64,000 bases of DNA from Podarcis filfolensis (taxonomy: Eukaryota), in NCBI GenBank assembly GCA_964270895.1, contig OZ185436.1; one strand, 5' to 3'. Shown in pieces: positions 46,675 through 57,876 of the stretch. The notes under the pieces were generated by a model. It had not been told where the DNA came from, did not search any database, and was given only the letters and a program-made list of their open reading frames with translations. Each line of letters starts with the position of its first letter. Position 1 is the first letter of the stretch. Both the position numbers and the translations under genes were made by a program.

Positions 46675-48029
46675 TACTCTGAAATGTACCAAGCAGCTAA
46701 CCAATGCCATAAGCCCATTTCCTTCTCCAGAGGTAAGAACAAGCAAGAGCAAGAGGGAAATGGCATTCTTGGGGGTTCAAGAGGTGTTGGTGTACAGGCT
46801 CAGATTATGAAACCGATTCATCCAGAATATCTGTTGACGCAAATCTTATCTAGAATGAAGGGGAGTAGCTGGAGGACGGAGTCTTGAGCAACTCCATTCA
46901 TTTCAGTGCGGCTTCTTCAGGAGACAGTGCCAAGAGTCTAGATTCTAATCTGCTTTGCAACGTGATCGCCTTGTACAGTTTGATCTGCTTAATGTGCTGT
47001 TCTTCTAGCGACAGGCAAGTGGCCAGTTGTGGTGATGAAAAACAATTCAAATTAAATTTCCTCAGGAGGCACCTGGTCAGCTAATTAAATGTGTGAACAA
47101 CATATAATAAAAGGCAAGCATGTCATAAAACAACTGAACACATGGGAAAAAGCATGTGAAGACGTCAACACATGCCTGCTTCTGGTTCAGCTCCCCTGGA
47201 CTTCACCATGTATGGGAGCTTTATTCTGGCTTATTTTGGGGGTTTTCTGTTTTTGTGATTTTTTCCCCTCCTGTTTTTGTGATTTATCTTTTAGTTTGGT
47301 ATTTTTACACTGGTTTTCAGTCTGTTTTCTTCTTTCTCAACCCCTGCTTCGGATACCCTTTACTCATGAAAGCATTTTTTTCATTCTTTTAATATTTAAA
47401 GTGTGAGATTTTTAATGGAATGATTCTGTCTGCTGAACATTGCAAGCTGTTCTGGGGACAAGTCAAAAAGTAGCATATTGTTAATTATTGTTAATTAATT
47501 AAACAAAACACTGTAAGGAAAGGTTAATTTCAATATTTTTAAAGGAAAGCAGCTGAAAACAAAAACCATCCCAAATCACACCTGAAATTGTGTCCTTAAG
47601 GAAGTTAACATTTGAAAATCTGTATCAAATTCAATGAGCTGTATTAAAAAGTAATACGTATACAGTACTCAGATGTAGTAGTCCTTTTTGAGTCAGAGTG
47701 AAATGTAGGAATCAATTCTGAGATTTTGATGTTTGGTTTTAATACCATTATTTGACTTTTAAATGGATATTTGAATTTCAGCACAAAAATTGTTATAATG
47801 AAAAATTTAAAAAAATGAGCAAATAATCTATGGCTACATACAAGTAATTAGGACATAATTTACTTTGGTGGAAGAGCCTTTCACTTCCCACACTGATGAA
47901 CTTCAAATCAATAATTCCATGGTTCCATCATCAAAACTGCCTTTAAAATTACAAATCTATTTTGTTAACAATAAAATAAAATAGATTTTGTTAAAATCTA
48001 TTTTGTTAAAAAATCTATTTTGTTAAATC

Positions 48030-48540
48030 TGAGGGCTCCCTTGGACAAAAAAAAACAAACAAAAAAAAAAAAACCAAGGACACCAGCCAGGAATACCAGA
48101 GCAAAAACAGCAGACAGTAGGCTTGGTCTTTATTGAAGACTGTCGTGACAGGACTCCCACCTGCCACCAGGTGAAACAAGATGGCAGCCCTGTACAAAAG
48201 AGAACCCAAACTTTTATTAGCTGCTAATTCCCATGTTACACCCCCCAAAACTACATCACTAATACATCATGGTTACATCATGAAAGGAGAGGTCTGGTGG
48301 CAATAATCTGAGCATCCTGGACCCTGCCCCATGCCTCTCCTTGCCCTCCACCAAGCACCTATCAAATGTAACAAAAGAGATATTTACATTTCCCTGTTTC
48401 CCAGCCAAGTTAATCACACCCTTTTGTCTTCATCTGGGTTTCTTATTTCTGGAATGGCTACCTCTCTGGCAATCAGGTATCAGGATGCCAGGGATAATCA
48501 CTCAGGCAGAGGGGCTGCTGAGTAGCTGAGCTCACATGTC
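48030..48540 (-). mobile_element. Possible old solo LTR
   Basis: - strand TGTGAG start, AATAAA signals and U5-like ending; no TSD found. Confidence 0.35.
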
Positions 48541-50695
48541 TATGTGAATTTCTGAAGTTTTCCCAGTGAGCCAGTACAGAGATACATTTATCAGTGAATT
48601 GTTACATTTGGTACAGTATTGTGCAGCAGAGGCCCTTTGCATACAGTGGTACCTCGGGTTAATTACTTAATTCGTTCCAGAGGTTTGTTCTTAACCTGAA
48701 ATTGTTCTTAACCTGAAGCACCACTTTAGCTAATGGGGCCTCCTGCTGCTGCCGCGCCGCCGGAGCCCGATTTCTGTTCTTATCCTGAAGCACTATTTCT
48801 GGGTTAGCGGAGTGTTTAACCTGAAGCGTATGTAACCCGAGGAAGAAACTGTGATGAAGTGTTTTGTGGGGACAAATCACAAAAGTCACAAAAGTGTGCT
48901 GATTTTAGTAGTGGGATGCATGTGCATGATATCTGCTGGAGGGGCAACACCCGCCCCCCCAACCTATACATAAATTCCTGCAACAATTTCAACACAAGAA
49001 AGTGTGCATCACAGCAGCCCATGACTGCAAATTCAGCCAGAATAATGCTGACCAAACACCTTACCTATTCCAAACCAAACACCTTACCTAGGCTATTGCA
49101 GCCAATTTCTGGAGACCACAGTGGGGAGAAAGTGTTCTAATGTCTGGGTCCTGCTTGTGAGTTACCCACAGGCATCTGCTTGGCTGCTGTGTTAGAACAG
49201 GATGCTGAATTAGATGGGCCATTGGCCTGATCCAGTAGGCTATTTTTATGGTATTGTTATAGTCGGTGTCATCTCCAGGTTTTGGAGGATCCTTGGGCAA
49301 CACCCCCTCCATGCCCCCCACCGGTGAGTCTACTTCCTCATTGTGGCTGGTCCAAGGCTGTGGGCTCCCTAATGAGGTGCAGGTTCTCTGTGTGTTCCCA
49401 CCTATGCTAATCCTCGATCCCAGCCCTGAATGGGTCAAAGAGTACATTTGTGCACATTGCCTTTTGTTCACCAGAAGACCAAACTGAGGCACCCTCAGCA
49501 TAAATACTGAATACACAGCTGTGTACTGCAAGGGCCCACACTTATTTTTCTTGGCATGTTGACCACCTTATATTTGTTACTTTCTATATATTGTGTATAC
49601 ATGCCGCCAGGCTGTACAACAGATCCTAACATGTACACACACCATTCTTCCTTCCATCTTTGCTCTGCCATTCAAGATTTCTCAGTTTAAGGCAGAGTCT
49701 GTTTTGTAATAAAGTGCTGTAGAAATATTAAGCCACACACCCCTTGCAGTTGCACACACTAATGAACATTTGCACATGCACCTTTGAGATGAAACGCTTA
49801 GCCTGCAGCCTAACTCAACTCAGCTCCAGCTACAACTGCCATGAGAAGTGTCTAAAATCCTCTGATAAATGTCTGGGTGTGTATTTTAAGCACAACAGCC
49901 TACCAGCCTGCTTCAGGGAGGCATGTGACTGGAAAAAACAGGTGATGCTTATCAGCACTGCCATCTCACACCTCTGCTGCTCCTTATGGGATCAAAGCAC
50001 TGAGAACTTCAGCAAGGAAGTTTTTAATGGGACTACAGCTCAGCCAGCCAGACCCCAATAGCTTCTAATATTACAGGCGTTCCCCCCCCCATACACTTAT
50101 GCAATGGTTACATTTTGGGGCCCCATGTGCATAAATGAAATTGCATAAAGTGGGGAGCACCCTCTAAACACCCTTTAAATGCCCTCTCTGCTGCTCTCTC
50201 TTCAAACTGTACCAAAAATACTGTATCCAAATATATCCACAACTAGACTTGATGCTCTGGGGCTGGCAAGAGACTGGAGGACATGGAGGAAAGTGGCGGC
50301 GGCTGCGCTACCCCACACATCAGCTGTTAGGCGGGGTCACTGCACCTACAGTCTCTTCAGGGCTTCCTCTGCCCTCACTGACGTCGTCTTCGGGCTCCGG
50401 GGAGAGTCTCCTCGCAAGCCACAAGGACTCTCCAGCTCTCTCTCACCATTTCCGGATTTGAATTTAATTCATTAATTATTCCCCAGCACCACGCATATAC
50501 GCTGTTGCACACGAGTTGATTGCGCATGAGCTGGGGAACACCTGTACTGAAAATGCTAACGCTTTTACTTATCCCCATATTCTGCTATAAAAGAGGTTTG
50601 GGTGACTTCCAGCATATATAAAAACATAATACAACCATAAACCTTAAAAAGCTTCCCTAATCAGGGCTGCCTTCAGATGTTTCCTAAATGTTATA

Positions 50696-50864
50696 CAGTG
50701 GCGTAGCGTGGGTTGTCAGCACCCGGGGCAAGGCAAGTAATTTGCACCCCCTAACCCGTGGATTTGCGCCCCCTAACCCGTGGATTTGCGCCCCCTAACC
50801 CTAACCCCCAGATGTTGCGCCTGGTGCAGCCGGCCCCCCCTGCACCCCCCACGCTACACCACTG
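50696..50864. mobile_element. hAT-type MITE inserted in an L2 tail
   Basis: TIR CAGTGGCGTAGCGTGGG / CCCACGCTACACCACTG; TSD ATGTTATA / GTGTTATA; internal 22-bp tandem repeat. Confidence 0.85.
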
Positions 50865-51494
50865 GTGTTATATAATTACTCATTTCCCTAACCTCTGATG
50901 GGAAGGCATTCCACAGGGTGGGAGCCACTACCAAGATAAATGAATATATAGGTATTGTAGCATTGGATAGGATGGGATAGTAAAGCAATCCAAGTAAATC
51001 AGGGTCACCTTAGAGTTCTGATGTCATAATGTTTGTTATAAATCTCTAAACATAGTATCATGGATACACATAACTGAGAAGCCTGTCTGAGCTTTTATTT
51101 TTTTCAGGAGGCATTTGAGGTTGGCTGTTTGCTTGTTATTGTTACCTCTGGAAAGTGCTGCTGTTGGTGGTGTTATGCCTCTTTATTACCTGCTCTTTTT
51201 GCTCTCTAAAGAAAAAAAAGTTTCTCTGGATATATCGAGTTGGCCTCAAGTGACAAGGGAGACTGACACAAATGCCGTTCTCTCGTACTGTACTTGCAAT
51301 TTCTCTCCAGACAAGCAACATAATTGGTCTACTGTTTTTATCGATTGTTGCTTAGCAAGGCTGCCTTTCTTAGAAACAGACTTCAGGTAGACTTCAAACA
51401 TGAACACCTTTATTTAAGTACAGTCCAGCTTATTCTTCACTCTCTGCAGGCCTGCAGTGGTTTCTGCCTTCCCCTCACCTCTACAGGCATTTCC

Positions 51495-51882
51495 AGCAGG
51501 GAGCAGGTGGCGCTGTGGTCTAAACCATTGAGCCTCTTGGGATTGCTGTTTGGAAGGTTGGCAGTTCGAATCCCTGTGACAGGGTGACCTCCCGTTGCTC
51601 TGTCCTAACTCCTGCTAACCTAGCAGTTCGAAAGCACACCAGTGCAAGTAGATAAATAGGTACCGCTGCGGCAGGAAGGTAAATGCTGTTTCCGTGCGCT
51701 CTGGCTTCCGTCGCAGTGTCCCGTTGTGCCAGTAGTGGTTTAGTCATGCTGGCCACATGACCCGGAAAACTGTTTGTGGACAAATGCTGGCTCCATCGGC
51801 CTGAAAGCGAGATGAGTGCTGCAACCCCAGAGTCACCTTTGACTGGACTTAAAAATCCAGGGGTCCTTTACTTTTTACCTTT
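51495..51882 (+). mobile_element. Sauria/Squam1-type SINE (older copy)
   Basis: Same body as 39946 copy; TSD TACAGGCA(T/C)TTCC, 12/13 match. Confidence 0.88.
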
Positions 51883-52856
51883 TACAGGCACTTCCCTCCT
51901 TTGATTTTCTTTGACCCCATAATTAACTACATATACACCTTTCACCAATAGAAGTATGATACTGGCAAGTGAGGGTGGGGTGGGCAAAGCGCACTCCACC
52001 CCATCCCTCAGCTATCTAGAGAGAAAATGCCTTCCACTCATGTATATGAACATACCTGGTGGTACGAGGATGGACCACCATCCCTCTGTTTTTATCTCAT
52101 GATGTTTGAGTTCATCTATATTGTATTGTTTTAAATTTTGTAAGGTGTCTTGGGGGACTCTGCCCCAAAAGCAAGGTACAAAATTTTAGATATAAATTTG
52201 TTCACATTTTTAAAAAGGGTATAAACACCCTTGTTCAGAGATAGTGTACCTCTGAAGCCCAGATACTCAGCACAAACAACATGGGAGGGCTGTGGCCTTC
52301 ATGCCCTGCTTATGGACATCTAGCTGCCACTGTTGGAAACAGAATACTGGGTTTTGATGGACCTTTGGTCTGACCCAATAGGCTTCCGATGTTCACATTT
52401 CCCAGGCAAGAACCTGGCACTGTGTGATGTTTTGTCCCAGCTCACGTATATGTGGCACATTTTCCAGTTACTTCATTTGGTCTGTGGGTTAAAAGTAACA
52501 TTACAGATGTGAGGAAGTGTAGTTTTAATACTGGGTTGCATCTTGTAGGTAGTTTGTGGGTTGTATCCTAGTATTTGTTTTTAAGCTGTTGCCTGAACTG
52601 TACCATTAGGGAGGATTGGGTAAAAATATAATCCTGTTATTTATTTATTTTTTAGAGGGCTGTTTGCTCCAATTATGTATCAACGTTGATTATATGCCCT
52701 CAAATGGATTTGTGAAAAGCAACCGAATTAAGTTGCTGAATCATCTATGTCCACTAGGTCAGTCCAATGTCAAATGAGAAAATGAGAATACTGCTATATG
52801 AAGTGAATAAACTTCTATTGGGAACATAGGAATCTGCTTGTTACTGAGCCAAACCA

Positions 52857-53093
52857 TTTGGATTTGATATCCCGCCTTTCACTCCCTTTAAGGAGTCTCA
52901 AAGCGGCTAACATTCTCCTTTCCCTTCCTCCCCCACAACAAACACTCTGTGAGGTGAGTGGGGCTGAGAGACGTCAAAGAAGTGTGACTAGCCCAAGGTC
53001 ACCCAGCAGCTGCATGTGGAGGAGCGGAGACGCGAACCCAGTTCCCCAGATTGCGAATCTACCGCTCTTAAACACTACACAACACTGGCTCTC
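52857..53093 (-). mobile_element. Squam3-type SINE inserted in an older tRNA-SINE (52820-53235)
   Basis: Reverse complement of the 27817 copy; host SINE continues on both sides. Confidence 0.85.
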
Positions 53094-53794
53094 ATTGTTC
53101 CATCTTGCTCAGTACTGTCTACTCACTGACAGTGGTTCTTCAGGCTTTCAGATAGGAGATTTCGATCTCCTCCCTGGTGACTTGAAACTTGGACCATTTG
53201 CATGCAGAGCATGTGCTATACTCCTGAGCTACAGCACTTATACTATTTGGCTATAGTCCTTACACATATTCAAGTCAGGCTACATAGTCTATATCTATGT
53301 TGGGTTGCACTTGAGGAAAGGAAAGGGCACAGTAAGGCCTGTTCATGCCATCCTGAACACAAGGAATAACCAATAAGAATCTGTTACCACTGGATTTGGG
53401 TTTTAGGGGCTGTCACTGTTGTTGTTTATAAAGACAAACTTGATATCTGCAAGATGTTTTGAACTACAAACGCCATAAATCGCAGCCAGCACAGCTACTG
53501 CTTTTCTATGGCTCATCAGGATTTTGTTCATAGAAATCCCAGATAATAACCAGGGGAGAGACAGTGTGTGTGTGTTTACTGCTTTCACCTGCCATGCTCT
53601 ACCATCCTTTCCCAAGGGCCTTCATAATGAAAGAGCTGCCAGAAAAACTGTGATGGGAATTTTGGCCTTTAGAATCAAGTTATAAAAGCTGAGCACTACA
53701 AGGTATTGCCATTGGCTTTGGGTCTACTTGGCATATTCTTAATTGTCTTATTGGTAAGTTTTATGCTTTCAGTTTTCTTTGGACATATTTTATT

Positions 53795-54175
53795 TTATTT
53801 ATTTTAAATAATTTTATTAACGTTTTTCAACAAATTTTAACATATTCAAGAAACTCAAATTACATTTTGCATATTCAATATACCCCCACACAACTTCCCA
53901 CAACTTCACTTTCTGATTTAGAGTGTATTATTTTTGTTCTGCATATAGTTTTGTATCCCTTCTATGATGAACTTATTTCTTAATCTGTACTTAGTCTCTT
54001 AGTCCTTATTTGTTTTTACTATTTGTATTTGTCCATTGTAAGTGTATTACACAAATCCTGCAAGTGAGTTCATTTCAATGTAGTTTCTGTATATATATCT
54101 TAAAAGGTTCCCAATCCTTTTTGAAGTCATTATTGTCTTTATCTTTAATTCTCTCAGTTAGCTTCACCATATGTC
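53795..54175 (-). mobile_element. L1 3' end fragment
   Basis: - strand reads HMVKLTERIKDKDNNDFKKDWEPFKIYIQK (squamate L1 ORF2 end) and ends in AATAAA and an A-rich tail. Confidence 0.65.
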
Positions 54176-54474
54176 TTTGAACATATTTTAAATCAGTTGC
54201 TACTTATTACTAGTGATGTTGTGATGCTTTATGAACACTGTATTGCACTACTGTATTTATTTTCTGTAAATGTCTTTGAACACAAATACAAAATGTGATA
54301 CATATAAATTGATCAATGACTAGCAATTCAGGGTGCTTTCCCTCATTTTTCTGGGCATCATTTGGTTGCTAAGCAATATTTTTTAAATATTTTAAAAATC
54401 AACAATAACATCATCTGCTATTCTTCCATAGTTCCATGCCTGGCTAAGTTACATGGCAGCTGAACATATTACAG

Positions 54475-54782
54475 CAGGGGTAGGCAACCTAAGGTCCTAA
54501 TCGCCTTCTCAATCCGGCCCACAGACAGTCCAGGAATCAGCGTGTTTTTACATGAGTAGAATATGTCCTTTTATTTAAAATGTATCTCTGGGTTATTTGT
54601 GGGGCCTGTCTGGTGTTTTTACATGAGTAGAATGTGTGCTTTTATTTAAAATGCATCTCTGGGTTATTTGTGGGGCATAGGAATTCATTCCTCCCCCCCC
54701 CAAAAAAGAATACAGTCCAGCCCACCACATGGTCTGAGGGACGGTGGACCAGCCCACGGCTGAAAAAGGTTGCTGACCCCTG
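54475..54782. mobile_element. hAT/Charlie-type MITE
   Basis: CAGGGGTAGGCAACC / GGTTGCTGACCCCTG; TSD TATTACAG / CATTACAG; internal ~70-bp duplication. Confidence 0.85.
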
Positions 54783-55399
54783 CATTACAGTTTCCTCACT
54801 GTATTTTTAATCTTTTGTTGGAAGCTGCCCAGAGTGACTGGGAAAACCCAGCCAGATGGGTGGGGTATAAATAATAAAGTTGTTATTGTTGTTGTCACTG
54901 CATTGTCAGAGATCTCTTTAGAGTTTAAGTTGTCACTATACCTTTAATAATGATTCCTAAAGTCAATTGTTTGGTATCCAGAAAGAAATCAAACAGTTAA
55001 GCTGGCTGGTCATGACATTCACAAGCCCACGGAAAACAAGCAACTTGCTCCAATGTAGTGTTGAACTGAACTGAAGCCTTCTAGTCCTCTGGGGAAGGCG
55101 TGGCTACTGGTTTGGGAGGCAAGGCCTCACTGACTCGTGGAGGGGCCCGTGACAAAGTGGGTGTGGCCAAAGTGTGGAAGTGGGCATGGCTGGGTTTTTC
55201 ACTGTATTAAGGGTACACTTTAGGGTTTCGTGGGGGGGTGTCACAAAAACCTTTCGGCATCACAGAATCACAGCAGTGGACCCCATGGGAGTGGTCAGAT
55301 ACGATACACTCATACACACATAGGCTACATGCTTGGGGTGCTACAAAGAACCTTTTAGCATTACGGTATCACAGCAGAGGACCCATAGAAGAGTAAAAT

Positions 55400-56080
55400 A
55401 ATAACGTCTATGAGGCACTTTAGGTCCGGTGCAGAAAGGGATCTAACCATGATTGCTTCTGCTAAGAGCTCGCCATGGTTCCCACTTATCAAAATGGAGC
55501 ATGCCCGAGGTAGATACCTGACAAAGCTCCCACTTGCCATATTAAGAATCGCTTTTACAGAACTATGATTCCAATCGATGCCCTTGGTGGTGTTGGATGG
55601 ACGGTATGGCAAAGTACATTACGAAGAGAGACTCTGTGTGGACAACCCTATGTCGAGGACCTGTGCCATTATTTATTGCAGTGCCCATTATATATAGACC
55701 CAAGAGACCAACTTATAAAACCCGTTTACGAATGGAACATATTTGAATAGGGTGGAAAGGGTGATATGGCTGCTGAGCGACACCGACGACTTTGTTACTT
55801 ATAAAGTAGCACTCTATGTGCTGGCAACTAAGAAGATCAGGAGAAGGAACTACACAAAACAGCGGTCAACTGCAAAGGGGATTCAGATATTTAATTTGGC
55901 ACATCTTACCTGAGAATATCCTGCTATTCTATTCTATTTAATGCAACAAATAATTTTAGTAGCTGTGAACGTGGTTTTATTGTATGTCTGTGCCCAATGA
56001 CTTTTATGTTTTTTTGTTTTGTTTTTGTTCTCCTTCTGAATGATGCCATGGCTAGTGCAATAAAAAGTTTAATTGGAACT
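55400..56080 (+). mobile_element. LINE 3' fragment (RTE-X-like), decayed
   Basis: RIAFTEL*FQSMPLVVLDGRYGKVHYEERLC / HYLLQCPLY / RVIWLLSD across stop and frameshifts; CAATAAAAAG tail near 56060. Confidence 0.7.
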
Positions 56081-57730
56081 GGAATAACGTTTATGTAGAG
56101 ACGGATGGTTCTTAAGGGGGTGCAGGCTCATGGACTACTGATTTAAGAAACTTCAGTGGGGTCCATTGGCTCCAATGTCTCTGACTGATAAGTTCCACCT
56201 CAGGTCTGGTCATGATGTTGGATGAGGGTCTGTACTCAGCATCTCTGTCTGCAATGCCATTGGCCCAACTGAACTGATTGGTCCCAGGTGGTTGCTCAGG
56301 GTGGTGACATACGTATACGCATTATATTTTACGACACTAATGTTTATTCCCATAATTCAGATTAATGAACTCCATAAAATAGCCTCAATGACAGCAGCAG
56401 TATGCCGTTTAACTTCTACAGAGGCAATAAAGACGACACCCTTAAACCTCATAGGCATCACCTTTCTCCAAGATTATTGGCACTACTTGCAAAGGCATTT
56501 TGCTGGGTGGTGATATAAGACAGAGATTTTTAAAAGGCACTATCCTGTCAAAGTTAAGCAGTTTTTAAGTCCAACAAATACTCAACACTGGGTACTTATA
56601 AGAAAACATGTATAAAACTGAGCTGCATATTCAGAGGGATTCATTCCCAAATAAATGTGTTTAGAATTTTAGCTGAACGGCTCACCTCCTGTTAGACCGT
56701 GCCCTATATTTCTGTGCAAAGTCAGCTTCCATTTCAGTGGAGGGGTGGGAGGAGACAGGCAATTTTAGGAGAAACCACTTTAATGATAAGAACAGAAGAT
56801 GCAACAAAGATCCTCCCAACAAAATATAGGCTAATCTAGTGTGTGCACTAAGGTCTCCTATTTCATAATTCTGTTGTACTCAAATTACATCAGGGCTGGA
56901 GCTAGAGCCAACGTAGATAAAAGCATAACTGTTAAGTCCATGGCTGAGAATCTAGGACATGGTTTAGTTACTCTAACAAGTCTCTTAAACAAGGTTAGCT
57001 TGTTGTTTTTTATTGTTTATTCTTTCAGCAGTCTGCTTACACTCATGACCCTTTATTTCTGAGTACCAAAACTAGTATTTTTATGCATGAAACAAGTACA
57101 ATGAAACCTATTATTAGACCAATTTGGTTAGAATCCACCAGCTTTTGATCACTGAAGTTCATTAAGTAGAAAATAGAAGGCTTGGCCTAGGGTCTGTTTC
57201 GTTATGAATAAGAGTTCTGTGTATCTGAAGCTTGAACGCATTAATAGCATTATATCCAATGAAATAAAGCATTGGGTCTTTTCTTTTCTTTTTACCCTGC
57301 CTGCTGTTGCCTGGTATGTTATTAATGTTTCTTTCTTGCTGGTGACATACTATATCAGATTTTCTAAGTGGTCTGCAAAGTGAGCTGTTTGGCATCTTAT
57401 ACTGTTTGGTTGAGGATGTAGAGATGCACATAATAAAACTATTGTACTCAACAATATTTACTGTATTGTACTGTATCTTTACTTCAGGAATTCAGTTAAA
57501 TAGAGCCATTCATATTTAAAATGTTATCAGTTTTGCTTACATCCTCTAAGTCTATTTAACTCTGTAAGATATGCATCACAACTACCTTTCAATTTTTTGC
57601 TAGCTATTCTTTTGTTATTGGTGGTGGCCTGTTTCTCCATTTTTGTGTCACTAGCATGTGAGCAGCAACCATTAAATTGCACATTAGCACCTTATGCTTG
57701 ATTTGTTCCCCCAAATTCCCTAATAAAATT

Positions 57731-57876
57731 GTCATAGAAAGATAGGGTTGGATGGTACCACGAGGGTCATCTAGTCCAACCACCTACAATGCAGGAATAT
57801 TTTGCCCAGTGTGGGGCTCAAACCCATGATCCTGAGATTAAGAGCCTTATGCTTCATCAACTGAGCTATCCCAGGA
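57731..57876 (-). mobile_element. Short SINE: tRNA-Lys(CTT)-like head plus CR1-type 3' tail
   Basis: - strand GATAGCTCAGTTG...GCTCTTAATCTCAGGATCATGGGTTTGAGCCCCAC, then TTGGACTAGATGACC...CTTTCTATGAC. Confidence 0.75.

Noticed and set aside
50745-50815. CRISPR-like or other prokaryotic repeat array
   Set aside because: Head-to-tail repeats without spacers inside a MITE in a vertebrate genome.
57805-57876. tRNA-Lys gene
   Set aside because: D-arm, T-loop (GGTTTGA) and acceptor stem are mutated and it is fused to a CR1-type tail, so it is a SINE head.
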